64,000 bases of DNA, taken from the NCBI RefSeq assembly GCF_006345805.1, contig NC_043000.1, forward strand, positions 117,180,001-117,244,000. Direction: 5' to 3'. A model generated the notes under the pieces. That model made no database searches and had not been told where the DNA came from. It was given only the letters and a program-made list of their open reading frames with translations. The position numbers and the translations under genes were made by a program. Shown here piece after piece: positions 24,994-37,839 of the stretch. The DNA comes from Octopus sinensis. Taxonomy: Eukaryota. Every line of letters begins with the position of its first letter. The stretch's first letter is position 1.

Positions 24994-26690
24994 TATACTT
25001 TATTTTAAGCAGCAGAAAATTCAACAAAATCTGTTACTCTGAGTTTCTCGTTGCCGTTCATCAGACAGTTTTTGCTAGAATGGAACATATATATTAATTC
25101 AATCTATACTCTTACAAACGCTACACCTTTAAAAAGAAATGGACTTGTTTGATTGGCCCTTTAGAAAAAAACGGTCAATCTTCGAGCGATAAACAAAAAG
25201 GTCAAAAATATATGTATATATATATAAAAACTTATAAAAATTATAAAAATTATAAAATCCGAGGAAAAAACCGAGGAAAAAAAACCTATTGCCGTTAATG
25301 AAGACAGTACAAATTAATGCATAGAAATTAAACCTGTTATAAATACTGCAATACATATTTATATTAAAATCCACATATATATATCAACATACACAAAAGG
25401 ATGCGCGTAAACGCCATACATACATATACAGACGTATGAATATGAATCTAAATTATACACATAAAAGCATGTGTACATATATTCACGCAAACCGTCTCGC
25501 ACGCAAGCTAAAATTCATCTATGTAGCAATTCTCATATACTGAGCAAGGAGGGGGAACGAAAGAAAGGGAAAGAGAGAAAAAGGAACGAAAGAGGGGAGG
25601 GGGAAACTTGTAGCGATGTTATTGGCATCTATAGAGGCCAGTATACATACACAAGTTTGAATTGATACATATACATACCGTCGTGTGTATGCGTGCTTAA
25701 GCACAAGCATACTTTCACTTACACATACACAGATACGCATGCTTACAAATACATATGCTTTGCTATACACAAACTTATATAAACATTCTAAATTTGACAA
25801 CATTGCTTTTTTTAAAAAAAAACATTGCTTTAAAAAATGGGTGCATTAATAAAATATATACGAAAGACATATAAATAAAATATAACATCCTATTTTGGGT
25901 CATTTATAAATAATCAAGGTAATATAAATAATCAAGGTAATCCTATGCAATACAATAACATGAAAACAAAGTTTGTAGGTTTTTCCTAATATATGTAGAA
26001 ACAATAAGACTTTGCTATAGATCCGTCGTAGCGCTTAAGAGTCAAAATCAAAATCAAAATCAAAATACAAAATATATACTCTATCCATATGGTATATTTA
26101 TATTCGACATTTTAAATTTAGCCGCGTGCCTACATAAGTTCATTAACTCACTTCTTTGATTCAAAGAATTATTGTCTTTGAATAATATGTGCATTTTTTC
26201 TAATAAGCAAAGCTTGCACTTGAAATTATATTTGTAAGCTCCATGCCTGTATGGTGCCGCCCGTCCAGAATGCTCCATGTCACGTTGAAAGGTGGGGCTT
26301 CCTTTTCTTTTAGTTCCCAGACATATTTTGCTAGGCTGTTTTTCTTCCTATTCTCTGGGTATTTAAAAGAATTCTTATGAGAATAAAATCTTGTTTTAAA
26401 TGAATTTTCTGAAGCCCCTGTGTATGTCTTGTATTCCGATGAGCCTTCCACTTGCACCTTGGCTCTATAAACCACTCCTTTCACTAGACATTTCCCTTCT
26501 AACGGACAGGAGCTTTCGTTTTTGCAATTACATTTCTTAATGGGCTCGGCACCATGTCTAATCTCAATTAGCTTCCTATTATGTTGGCTAATGTAAGAGG
26601 CGAAATTTCTGCAACAAGAATAGCTAACCTTCAGGGTTCTTCTATTAAATATTCTGTAGAATTTATGACCCTGCTTAAAATGCTTAGAGA
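24994..26690 (-). mobile_element. Second copy of PLE family B, in RFC3 intron 6 (sense to RFC3)
   Basis: Near-identical reverse complement of 52077-53610, with about 160 bp more 5' sequence (KVSYSCCRNFASYISQHN...CxC). It has a 1-nt deletion frameshift in the GIY-YIG region. Confidence 0.9.
25026..25072 (-). ncRNA. Minimal type I hammerhead (PLE-B), sense in RFC3 intron 6
   Basis: aaaacugu-CUGAUGA-a-CG(GCAA)CG-a-GAAA-CUCAGAGU-A-acagauuuu. Stem III ACUC-A-GAGU is self-complementary; triplet GUA. Confidence 0.8.
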
Positions 26691-26706
26691 CTATATATAT
26701 ATATAT

Positions 26707-27134
26707 ATATAGAAAATAGTAAAAAGTGAAAAAAACTACAGAAGGCTTGTTTTAGAAGGTTAAAAAAAATATATATTTGAGTCATTATGGCTGAAGAATG
26801 TTATAAATTTTTTTCCTACAATGACATAGTTTTTGAAGAAAGACCGGTTTCGCGTTCAGCTTTTCAAATTTCTGACATCGTTATGTTTACGTTGAGACTA
26901 TCACTCAGATGTAGATGCACACTGCATCGACAACAGATTGCATTCCCAGAATACAGAATGATACCCTTTAGTGAGCACATTGAGAAATGCGCAAAGCAAC
27001 TACTACAACAAAACTATGTCATTGTAGGAAAAAAATTTATAACATTCTTCAGAGATAATGACTCAAATATATATTTTTTAACCTTCTAGAACAAGCCTTC
27101 TGTAGTTTTTTCACTTTTTACTATTTTCTATATA
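26707..27134. mobile_element. PLE-type inverted-repeat cassette: about 125-bp arms enclosing an HHR and a GIY-YIG fragment
   Basis: Arms 26707-26834 and 27010-27134 are reverse complements. The interior has an HHR (-) and TLHRQQIAFPEYRMIPFSEHIEKCA (+). Confidence 0.75.
26836..26875 (-). ncRNA. Type I hammerhead, U3-A8 variant, sense in RFC3 intron 6
   Basis: agaaau-UUGAAAA-GC(UGAAC)GC-GAAA-CCGGU-C-uuucu. Confidence 0.7.
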
Positions 27135-27507
27135 TTCAACCACGTGCTTTCACACACCAACTTTCTCACCTATATATATATATATATAGACATAAATATA
27201 CAGATTCAAATGCAAAAAATATAAACTTAAAACAATATACAGACCCATATTCATATATACATGTTAATATTCATAGGTGTTTAGCTTCTTGTTCGAGACA
27301 TCAGTTTGGGAGCAAACACTAATGAATTGTTAAATAAAATTAAACGTAGGCACAGGAGTGGTTGTGTGGTAAGAAGGTTGATTCCCAACCACATGGTTCT
27401 GGGTTCAGTCTCACCGCAGGGCACCTTGGACAAGTGTCTTCTATTAGGGCTTTGGGCTGGGCAAAGCCTTGTGAGTGGATTTGGTAGATGGAAACTGAAA
27501 GAAGTCT

Positions 27508-27552
<45 letters not shown>

Positions 27553-28597
27553 ATGTTTGTGTATCTATGTATGTCCCCGCCACCGTCGCTTGACAACCAA
27601 TGTCAGCATGTTTATGTCCCTGTAACTTAGCAGTTCGGCAAAAGTGGCCAATAGAATAAGTACTAGGCTTACAAAGAATAAGTTCTCAGGTCAATTTATT
27701 CGACTACAAGCGGTGCTCCAGCATGGCCACAGTCAAATGACTGAAACAAGTAAAAGAACAAAAGAATATAAATGTCAGGATAGCTGCAAAGCCAAGAAGT
27801 CTGTTTTGAAATTATGTGGTTTGAGAGTTAATCTCACTTCACAGCCCTTTGGATTTCTACAATAACCTGTGGCTGACCACTGTCCAGTAAGTGAATCTAG
27901 TAGATAGAAATTGTGCTGAATCCAGGCACACTCACAAGGCACAGGGATCAGAATATAAATGGGATGGTTGAATAAAGGAGAAGAGAGAAATAGATGGTGG
28001 TAAGTGCCAGGGCATACCCGTAATGTTTTCGTGGTCGAGCTCCTTTTGAGTGTTGAGCCTCAGAGAGGCAATGACCAACACCTTTGGCATTATGTCATGC
28101 TTGAGAAGAGACCCATGAAACTGAGCAAAATTGTAGCTGTGACAGATACCTGTGTCACACAAATGGAACCCATGCCAGTGGCACGTAAAGGCACCGATTA
28201 CACTCTCGGAGTGTTTGGCATTAGGAAGGGCATCAAACTGTAGAAAACCATGCCAAATTTGACTGGATCCTGGCGCAGCCTGCCAGCTCTATTCAAACCA
28301 TCCAGCCCATGGCAGCATGGACAATAGATGTTAAATGATGATGATGATGAATTAAAGGAGTCACTTGAAATGGCCATAATAAAATGACACCTGTACCTCT
28401 TTGTTATTCATATGTGTGTGTGTGTGTGAAGGTGTGTGGCTTAGTGACAAGGGTGTTGCACTCATGATTATAAGATAGCGGTTTTGGTTCTGGGACTTTG
28501 TTCTTGAGCAAAACACTTCATTTCATATTGCCGCAATCCACTCTAGTGACAAAAAGTAGGACAAGTATCCCATTGAAAGGAACAAATCAAATTTTAC

Positions 28598-28696
28598 CTC
28601 TGTGGACTCTGTTGTTGTACCATCAATCCAGCTGTTTCTTGCAGATAAAGCTTCCAGTCTGGTTCAGTTACTTCTTGATCAACGCTGAATGGATAC
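28598..28696 (-). CDS. RFC3: RFC3 coding exon 6 (QYPFSVDQEVTEPDWKLYLQETAGLMVQQQSPQR)
   Basis: Manual translation. Acceptor ttttCAG, donor GTAAAA; 99 nt, phase-consistent. Confidence 0.93.
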
Positions 28697-29076
28697 CTGA
28701 AAATTTTAAAGAAAATTTCAACGTTAGTCATTTAAATACTAAAAATATATAAAGCGATATGAATGAGTTGAGAATGAAAATGTTGAAATAAGGGTACCTA
28801 AGTCCTAATTCCAAACAGTCAAAGTGAAAATCAGAAGCTATTTTAATCTCAAAGGTGAAAAACTAAAATACTATCAGCCAATGTTAACTGAATCAAGTGT
28901 TGTATGAAATAATTTTTCTCGAGCCCCACAACTCATGAGTGGTTACTTGATTTCCATGGTGTGTAACCCGTTAACATCTAAACTGGCCAAAGCATTCTAC
29001 CTGTTTTATGTTTAAACCAGCCAGATTGGGTCTTTCACACCTACCTTACAATAATATTCTGAAAATACGCAACTAA

Positions 29077-29462
29077 GCATAGGAGTGGCTGTGTGGTAAG
29101 TAGCTTGCTTATGAACCACATAGTTCCAGGTTCAGTCCCACTGCGTGGCACCTTGGGCAAGTGTCTTCTACTATAGCTTTAGGCCGACCAAAGCCTTGAG
29201 AGTGGATTTGGTAGACGGATACTGAAAGAAGCCTGTCGTATATAAATATATGTATGTATGTGTGTCTGTGTTTGTCCCCCAACATCACTGACAACCAATG
29301 CTGGTGTGTTTACGTCCCCGTAACTTAGCGGTTCGGCAAAAGAGACCGATAGAATAAGTACTAGGCTTACAAAGAATAAGTCCTGGGGTCGACTTGCTTG
29401 AATAAAGGTGGTCCTCCAGCATGGCCACAGTCAAATGACTAAAACAAGTAGGAGAGTAAAAG
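29077..29462 (+). mobile_element. CORE-type tRNA SINE family C, full length
   Basis: tRNA-like head, CORE-like CACCTTGGGCAAGTGTCTT, an internal (TA)/(TG) tract and a conserved 3' domain. Other copies or parts at about 27345-27765, 3223-3780, 4236-4510, 6620-6770, 21690-21845, 23750-23930, 62395-62600 and 62990-63155. Confidence 0.8.
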
Positions 29463-30452
29463 AGTAACTAGGTCATCAAAATCTTGAAGATACAAGATGA
29501 TGCCTGATTAATTCAAAACAATATCAATTAATAAGAATTATAATTGAATTAAATCTGAATGATAATAGGTTAAGTGTCTGAGATCACAACATTCCCCTGA
29601 CCAGAATGCCAGTCCATTGAAGGGTCCAAGGTCAGCAATTATGAGATGGGAGGGCAAATCAATTACATTGACCCCAGTATTTGACTGGTACTTAGAGATG
29701 GAAGACAAGGTAGACCTTAGCAGGATTTGAACTCAGGACGTAAAGAGCTGGAAGAAATGTTGCTTTTGTTCAATGTGCTGATGATTTTGTCAGCTTGCAG
29801 CCCTTGTATGAAGATTACTAGAAGTTATTTTATTGTACCATGGATGGATGAACTGTAAAACCGACCCAGTGCTATTCTGCACACGGAGCAAAAATACTGA
29901 TTTGAAATGTTGGCACAAGGCCTGCAATTTTGAGGAAGGGAGAAAGTTGATGACGACAACTCAAGTGCTCAATTGATATTTATTTTATTTTATTTTTGCC
30001 TTACTGGCACCTGTGCCGGTAGCATGTGTAAAAAGATTTGAACGAGGTCATTGCCAGTACCGCCTGACTGGCCCCTGTGTTGGTGGCACGTAAAAAGCAC
30101 CCACTACACTCTCGGAGTGGTTGGCGTTAGGAAGGGAATCCAGCTGTAGAAACTCTGCCAGATCGAGATTGGAGCCTGGTGCAGCCATCTGGTTTGCCAG
30201 CTCTCAGTCAAAAATCGTCCAACCCATGCTAACATGGAAAGCGGACGTTAAACGATGATGATGATGACGGATCCCGGAAAGATAAAAGGCAAAGTCAACC
30301 TCAGTGGAATTTGAACTCAGAACATAAAGATGCACAAAATGCTGCCAAGCATTTCGTCCAGCATCCTCACAGTTCTGCCACCTCGCTGCCTTACAATGAG
30401 TAAAAAAATAAAATAAAATAAAATAAAATAAAATAAAATAACATTAACTTAC

Positions 30453-30589
30453 TGTTGGACTTTACAGGCTTCACACATAAGAAGAGCCCTTCTCATGTTC
30501 CTCTCGCTGACCAGTGATATCTTTTTGGCAAGTTCTATTGGTAACGTGAGGCCTTCTTTCTTGCATACTGTCTGCAAAACTTGGCAGAT
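30453..30589 (-). CDS. RFC3: RFC3 coding exon 5 (ICQVLQTVCKKEGLTLPIELAKKISLVSERNMRRALLMCEACKVQ)
   Basis: Manual translation matches RFC3. Acceptor CAG, donor GTAAGT; 137 nt. Confidence 0.94.
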
Positions 30590-30980
30590 CTGCATTAGGA
30601 AAGTTTATAAAGAAATTCAGCTCTTTATCATTATCCTCACCATCAACAACATCACAGCAATTGACCATGAAGCCACATGGTGAGAAAGCAAGCTTCTTAA
30701 TCACACAATTGAGAAAGATGAAACATGTGGTGATTGAACATGTGGTGCAGTGGTTCTCAACTGGGGTCCACACGACCCCCGATACACAATTGCCCTTCCT
30801 AGTGTCAATTTAAAAATTCCTATTTTGTTTCTCACACAACTGGATTATATGCTATGGTATAGAAATAAGAGACGAATGGACAATATGCTGTAGTATAAAT
30901 CAGAGAGAGTCAATGTGAGGGAAAGGAAGAAAAAAATGATATATTAAACAATTATAGTGATTATAAACACCATAACTGAC

Positions 30981-31162
30981 CTCATCAACAGAAGGTGCTG
31001 GTACCCGGATTCCAAGACAACGGCTTTTTATGGCAGGAATAACTTTACTTGAGGAATTACAGATAAGGATGATCCGACAAGTGGCCATATATTTTTCCAT
31101 TGTTCTTCGGAGAGCGTGTTGGGCATCTTTTGTTAAACGGTCAACTTCAGTGAGGATAACAA
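30981..31162 (-). CDS. RFC3: RFC3 coding exon 4 ([24 protein letters not shown]...SRC...PAPSVDE)
   Basis: Contains the RFC3-type degenerate Walker B (TEVD) and the SRC motif. Acceptor tatttCAG, donor GTCAGT; 182 nt. Confidence 0.96.
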
Positions 31163-31829
31163 CTGAAATATAAACAAACCTCATCATTATCATCATCATC
31201 TCCATTGTCATCATAATCATTTTAATGTCCATTTCTCTATGCATGCACGGGTTGGACAGTTTAGTGGGACAGATTTTTGTAGTCAGGTGCCCTTCCAGTT
31301 TCCAACCTTCACCTGTTTCCAAGCAAAGTAATATTTCCTTGGGGCCAGACATGTTTTTCATAGAATATTAGAAATGAATTACACTGCTTGTACAACAGTG
31401 ATGCTCATCTACAACAATCATACAATGTCAAGACAAAGAGACAAACATACACACACTCACATATATATGCATGTGTATGTATACACAAACACACACACAC
31501 ACATACATATATATATGACAGGCTCCTTTCAGTTTCCATCTACCAGTCCACTCACAAAGCTTTCATCGGCCCAGGGCTTTAGCAGAAGACGCTTGCCCAA
31601 AGTGCAATATGGCAGGACTGAACCCTACAACATGTGGTCAGGAAGCAAGCTTCTAAGCCGCACAGCCATGCCTGTGTCTCATTTGGAATAATTTAGAAAA
31701 GACATGGTAACAGAAATGACAAGTGTTGTTAGTTACAGCAATTCTTCTACTCACGCTGTCCTGCTTATACAGAGGTGCACTAATGTGTCTTTTTTCTATT
31801 AGAAACTAGAAACGTGGGGAGAAACTAAC

Positions 31830-31927
31830 CTTTGAAATCCCGTTGAGAATTTATATCTAACTGATTGACCTCAGCAATTGACTTGATCAGTTCTTGGATC
31901 ACAACACGGTCCTGTACACCAACATCA
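31830..31927 (-). CDS. RFC3: RFC3 coding exon 3 (S-DVGVQDRVVIQELIKSIAEVNQLDINSQRDFK)
   Basis: Not in the ORF track; found by manual translation. Acceptor tttctgtttatCAG, donor GTTAGT. 98 nt, fits phase 2 in and phase 1 out. Confidence 0.93.
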
Positions 31928-32102
31928 CTGATAAACAGAAAGAAAAGGGAAAAACAGAAACTATATAAGTGACACTTGTATAATCATGGTAAATGAAATA
32001 ACACAACTGAAATTAATTCAATGACAAAACAACTTTTACTGTCTGTACATAAAGAGGAATATACAGTGAACTTTGGAGTGTGTTTGACAACTGCTGTTAT
32101 GA

Positions 32103-32315
32103 TGGCAGCAAGCTGGCAGAATCGTTAGCATGCTGGGCGAAATGCTTAGCGGTATCCTGAGTTCAAATTCTGCCGAGGTCGACTTTGCTTTTCATCCTTT
32201 CGGGGTTGATTAAATAAGTACCAGTTACGCACTGGGGTTGATGTAATCGACTTAATCCCTTTGTCTGTCCTTGTTTGTCCCATCTGTGTTTAGCCCCTTG
32301 TGGGCAATAAAAAAA
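32103..32315 (+). mobile_element. SINE A monomer, RFC3 intron 2
   Basis: A and B boxes, body and an A-rich tail. Confidence 0.8.
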
Positions 32316-32369
32316 ATAACTGCTGTTATAGTGTTGGCATTCCTGTAACCTAGCAGTTCAGCAATACAT

Positions 32370-33659
32370 ACATAGTCTGATCAATAAGTATCTGGACTGT
32401 TGCTATAGTAACGAAGCTAAAGCACACAGGGTGAAGCTGCTTGGCACAGACTGACCATGAACTCTGCTATGCATAGAATAAGTACTATAAATGACTGAAA
32501 CAAGTAAAAGAATATATATATCATCATCATCGTTTAACGTCTGCTTTCCGTGCTAGCACAGGTTGGACGGTTTGACCAGGGTCTGTGAAGCCAGGAGGCT
32601 GCATCAGGCTCCAGTCTGATCTGGGAGTGTTTCTACAGCTGGATGCCCTTCCTAATGCCAACCACTCTGTGAGTGTAGTGGGTGCTTTATACGTGCCACC
32701 AGTACAGGTGCCAGGGGAGGCTGGCACCGGCCACAATCGGTTGGTGCTTTTTATGTGCCACCGGCACTGAAGCCAGTCAAGGCAGCGCTGGCATCATCCA
32801 CGTTTGAATGGTGCTTTTTTATGTGCCACCAGCACAGGTATCACAACTACAATTTCCATTTGATATTTATTTTGATGTTAATGTACTTGACTCAATAGGT
32901 CTCCTCAAGCACAGCAGGTCACATGCCACCGGCACAGAAGCCAGTCAAGGCGGCTTCTGTATATATTCCATGAGTTGACAAGTTCCACTGTTTACAGCAG
33001 GGCTAGGAAGGAAGGTGTGTAGCGTGTAATCATTGCATTGACCATGACAGAGAAAGTTGAGGAGAGAATCTGTATCAAATTTTGCCAAAAGCTTGGTGAT
33101 ACCTGCTCAGAGGCCTACGGAAAGTTTCCAAAATGTTTTCACCATTCTTGTCACAATCAAGGAAATCTTGTGCAACTGAAACCAGAGTTTCTTTTTGGTC
33201 AGCTGAAAGCAGTTTTTGCACAAACTTGGTAGACACATGTCTAATACACAAATCTTCAGTGATAATGGATTGGACTGAACTGTAACTAATCTGCACATCC
33301 TCTGATAACTAACGGATGGTTATTCGACGATTTACCCTCACAGCTGCATGCACATCTGTGAGGTTTTCCTCAGTTCTGCTGGTTGCAGGTCTCCCAGAAC
33401 AGTCGTCAATATCGACATTTTTTCAACCATCTTGGTAACGTGTGAACCACTCGTACACTTGTGTTCAGCTCATACACTCCTCGCCACACACTTTCTGCAT
33501 AGGCCTCCAAGCCAGTATTGCCATGACAACGTTCTCTGTCATGCTCCATGCAACAATCACCAGAGTTCAAAGTCAATCTGTGCCAAGTGGCTTCACTCTG
33601 CATGCTTTTAGTTTCATTACTATGGTAACAGTCCGGATACTTATTGATCAGGCCTCATA
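32370..33659. mobile_element. mariner-like relic with about 90-bp inverted ends and a SINE insertion
   Basis: CATAGTCTGATCAATAAGTATCTGGACTG at 32370 matches the reverse complement of 33630-33659. Transposase-like pieces ICIKFCQKLG (+) and RHVSTKFVQKLLSADQK (-). Confidence 0.7.
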
Positions 33660-33766
33660 TACTGTTTCCTTGGTAACCAAGTTTATTGTTCTATATTTAA
33701 GAGATGAGGAATTATGTACATTATTTACATCTGACGGATATTTGTCCTCATTTTGTTTGTTGCTAA

Positions 33767-33808
33767 CACAATGTTTCAGCTGATATACCCTCCAGCCTTC
33801 ATCAGGTG
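33767..33808 (-). ncRNA. Hammerhead relic (G16.2 to A), sense in RFC3 intron 2
   Basis: cac-CUGAUGA-a-GGCUG(loop)CAGCU-GAAAC-AU-U-gug. Stems I and II pair, but stem III reads ACAU instead of ACGU. Confidence 0.55.
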
Positions 33809-34344
33809 GGGAAATTTCAAACCTGGGTTCTCGTTGTTAAGGTATTTTTCAATGTTTTTATTATTATGCAGGTCAGTGCTTGGAATCGAACTCAGAATCT
33901 TGGTGTTAGTAGCCCGTGCTCTTAACCACTATGCCATATGCCCGTTTATTCTATACCAAGGTTCTCAGATGGGTCTACATTACATTGGTTATGCTTCTTT
34001 CATACACAAAATATTTTAACAACTTTTAATACAGCTGTTAATAATATCTAATAATACAAATATAATGGGAGTTTTTCAAACACCAATGGCCATGAGAATT
34101 CACCTGAGCAAAATAGGGACGAAAGGGGGTCCATAAGTGAAAAAAAGGGTTGAGAAGCACTGTTCTATAGACTTGTGGCTGCATCAAGATAGTTCAAGGG
34201 AGACAACTAGCTATGTGTGTTTATCTTTAGCACAACATTCAACTGTTTATTTACTGTATTTGATGGCATAAGACACATTTTAGCCAATTTTCAAAATTTT
34301 TAAAAACAAACACCCAGATCCCACATGTGAAGTTGGGCCAATAT

Positions 34345-34910
34345 TTATTTCTTTATTGCCCATAGGGGGATAAACAAGGACAGACAAAGGGATTAAGTCA
34401 ATTACATCGACCCCTGTGCATAACTGGTACTTATTCAATTGACCCCGAAAAGATGAAAGGCAAAGTCGACCTCAGCAGAATTTGAACTCAATGTAAAGAC
34501 AGACGAAATACCTATTTCTTTACTACCTACAAGGGGTTAAACACAGAGGGGACAAACAAAAGGATTAAGTCAATTACATTGACCCCAGTGCATAACTGGT
34601 ACTTATTTAACTGAGCCCGAAAGGATGAAAGGCAAAGTCGACCTTAGCAGAATTTGAACTCAGAATGTAAGACAGAAGAAATACCTATTTCTTTACTGCC
34701 CACAAGGGGCTAAACACAGAGGGGACAAACAAGGACAGACTAACGGATTAAGTCGATTATATCGACCCCAGTGCGCAAGTGGTACTTAATTTATTGACCC
34801 TGAAAGGATGAAAGGCAAAGTCGACCTTAGCAGAATTTGAACTCAGAATGTAAAGACAGACGAAATACTGTTAAGCATTTTGCCTGGCGTGCTAACGTTT
34901 CTGCCAGCTC
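34345..34910 (-). mobile_element. SINE A trimer in RFC3 intron 2
   Basis: Junctions at 34511/34512 and 34684/34685. Confidence 0.85.
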
Positions 34911-35872
34911 ACACACTTCTATGTACTAGAAAGACTCTTTCCTGAATGTGCACTGCAAAATTGTGCATCTTATATGCGTATGTAGCTTTTATGTCATCAA
35001 ATATAATAAGTTTCTCAGATCTTGTTTTGGTTTCCAGACAAACTTTACTAAATTTCCTCATCATTGTGTATGCTTTCCATGCTGGCATGGGTTGGACTGA
35101 TTCCGTTTATATTTGGAGTTACTACAACCCTAGGTGAGGTCAACCAACCACATCTTGCTTGTATGTCTCATTTTTATTAAAGTCAGGTCCCATATATATC
35201 ACCAACTGCTTTACAGAGTATACAAGACTCATATTATTCTAACACCAGCACTAGAGGGGTTATAGGGTCATATCAGAGACCCTTTGTATTACATTTTCTT
35301 TTGCATATTCTTAGTTTATGCATGTGTATGCAAATATAGTATTGGTATATCCCATTTATGCTCATTAGAAATTAAATAAATGAAGAATTTTGACATGCAC
35401 GAATATTTATTTCCCCCCACTGTATGCCTTTCCTCATTTGCCTATCACTTCACAGAATAATCTGGGTACATTTTAATGTGGCAGCAACACCAGCAAGGTT
35501 ATCTTTCACTTGATAACACTTAACATTCCACCTTGTTATTGTGTGTAGTGTTTGTCCACAGAATACATAGCCAAGGTAAAGAAAGAAAATAAGAGAAGGG
35601 CTAGGAAGTGGGGGCGAAAGATCTCGTCTATCTTTTACCTTCTGTTTCAGTCATTGGACTGTGGTCATGCTGGAGCACAGCCTTGAAGGGTTTAGTTGAA
35701 CAAATCAACCCTGGTGTTTATTTTCAAGTCTGGTATTTATTCCATTAGTCTCTTTAGCTGAGCCACTAAGTTACGGGGATGTAAAAAAAAATGAGCAGTT
35801 GCCAAGCAGTGGTGCAAGACAAACACAAAGATACACACACACACATATATATATGTATGCAAACAAATATGA

Positions 35873-35913
<41 letters not shown>

Positions 35914-36036
35914 TTGACAAAAGGTGGGGTTTTTTTCTAATTATACATATATATATTATATTTTGTGAAATTTGATTTAGTATTTATAAATTGAATTTTT
36001 CCCTGTAAGTTTGGAATAATATTCCCTTATATTATT

Positions 36037-36079
<43 letters not shown>

Positions 36080-36373
36080 ATATCATAGATGTAGGGTAAA
36101 AAATTATTAATTTAATAATTAACAATTTTATCAGGTAGTTCGGTATGGAAAAAAACGATTATCGGTAAAAACTTATACAAAAAGTTTTTTTATATAATTG
36201 TAAACATAATTAAGGGATCAACAAAAGTTGCTTCACCACATGCCTATGTAAATTACGAGTATTACTGCCTGTGGAGAAATATTGTAGTAGAAGAATTAGT
36301 AGTTTGACTGCTATTTCTAAATTTCGGCACGTGTTGAAGCAACTTTTGCTGATCCCTTAATTATGTGTGTATG

Positions 36374-36406
<33 letters not shown>

Positions 36407-36887
36407 GGCACGTAAAAAGCACCATCTGAATGTGGTCAATGCCAGCCCCCTCGCCCTGACTGGTTCCTGTGCCAGTGACATGTAAAAAGCACCCACTACA
36501 TTCTTGGAGTGGGTGGCGTTAGAAAGGGCATCCAGCTGTATAAACATTGTCAAATCAGATTGGAGCCTGGTGCAGCCTCCTGGTTTGCCGGACCCCAGTC
36601 AAACTGTCCAACCCATGCCAGCACGGAAAAAGAGACATTAGACGATGATGATGATGATGATATATATACTACATACATACATATATATATAGCCATGTTG
36701 GACCACTGAACTCTACCAGTTTTTTTTCATTTTTTCTGCTTATTTTTTTTTTATTCCTTTCTGTTGAAGAGTGCAGGCTCAAACTCAAAATGTAAAAGAC
36801 ATTTTCATTCTTCCCAACATCAAATTAATGTACTTGCTTGTTGTCCATATACCTGTCTTCATCTTTTTGTTTTTCTATAAATTTCAA

Positions 36888-36926
<39 letters not shown>

Positions 36927-37269
36927 CGTCATCGTTTAAAATCTGCTTTCCATGCTGGCATGGGTTGGACAGTTCAAATGAGGACTGGCAAGCCAGCAGG
37001 CTACACCAGGCTCCAGTCTGATCTGGCAAAGTTTCTACAGGTCGATGCCTTTCCTAACGCCAACCACTCCAGAATGTAGTGTGTGCTTTTTACGTGCCAT
37101 CGGCACAGGAGCTAGTCAGGGGGCACTGGCATCAACCATGTTCGGATGGTGCTTTTTATGTATCACACGGTGGGATTGAACTCAAAACCAATATGGTTGC
37201 AAAGCGCGCTTCTTAACCACACAGCCATGTCTGTACTTACAACAAGAAACTGAAAAAGTGAAATAACTA

Positions 37270-37839
37270 TTGCGTTGTCCGGAAAGTTCGTGCAGATTTT
37301 TAAACGAAAGAAAAAGATCAATAAATACTTGCCATTACATTTTTAATCAACTAAATAAATATGAACCATTTTGTTGCACAATGCTTCTCCATCTTTCCTT
37401 TAACTTGAAAATACCCTCTTCCCAGAATTGAGGTGATTTCATGGCAAAGAATTCAGCAAGGTATCTCTTTACGTCATCCAAGGAATTGAAATTTTTACTA
37501 TTAAGACTATTCTGCAGAGACCTGAATAAGTGGTAATCCGAAGGAGCAACATCTGGTGAATATGGAGGGTGGGGTAACACATCCCAGCCGAGCTGCAGCA
37601 ATTTTTGTCTGGTTCCCAAAGCATCAAGTGCGGAAAAGGAACTTTCTTATCTTCCATTTTAAAGGGTTACAGAATTAACACAGGTTATAGGAACATAAAC
37701 CTTTTTCTGCGAAAAGATAGCTTAAACCGTGTTCTAAATGGAGGTGTAGTCAAATCCTATTTTATGGACTCAACCATGTTCTAAAATAAGTTGAAAGGTA
37801 AGCTACTATAAATCGGCACGGACTTTCCTGACAACCCAA
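37270..37839 (-). mobile_element. mariner (DD34D) internal-deletion derivative in RFC3 intron 2
   Basis: About 30-bp TIRs (TTGCGTTGTCCGGAAAGTTCG and TTGGGTTGTCAGGAAAGTCCG) with TA on both sides. Encodes WDVLPHPPYSPDVAPSDYHLFRSLQNSL. Confidence 0.9.

Noticed and set aside
27790-27930. Additional RFC3 exon in intron 6 or elsewhere
   Set aside because: The eight-exon model already gives an uninterrupted, phase-consistent 355-aa protein covering all RFC3 motifs.
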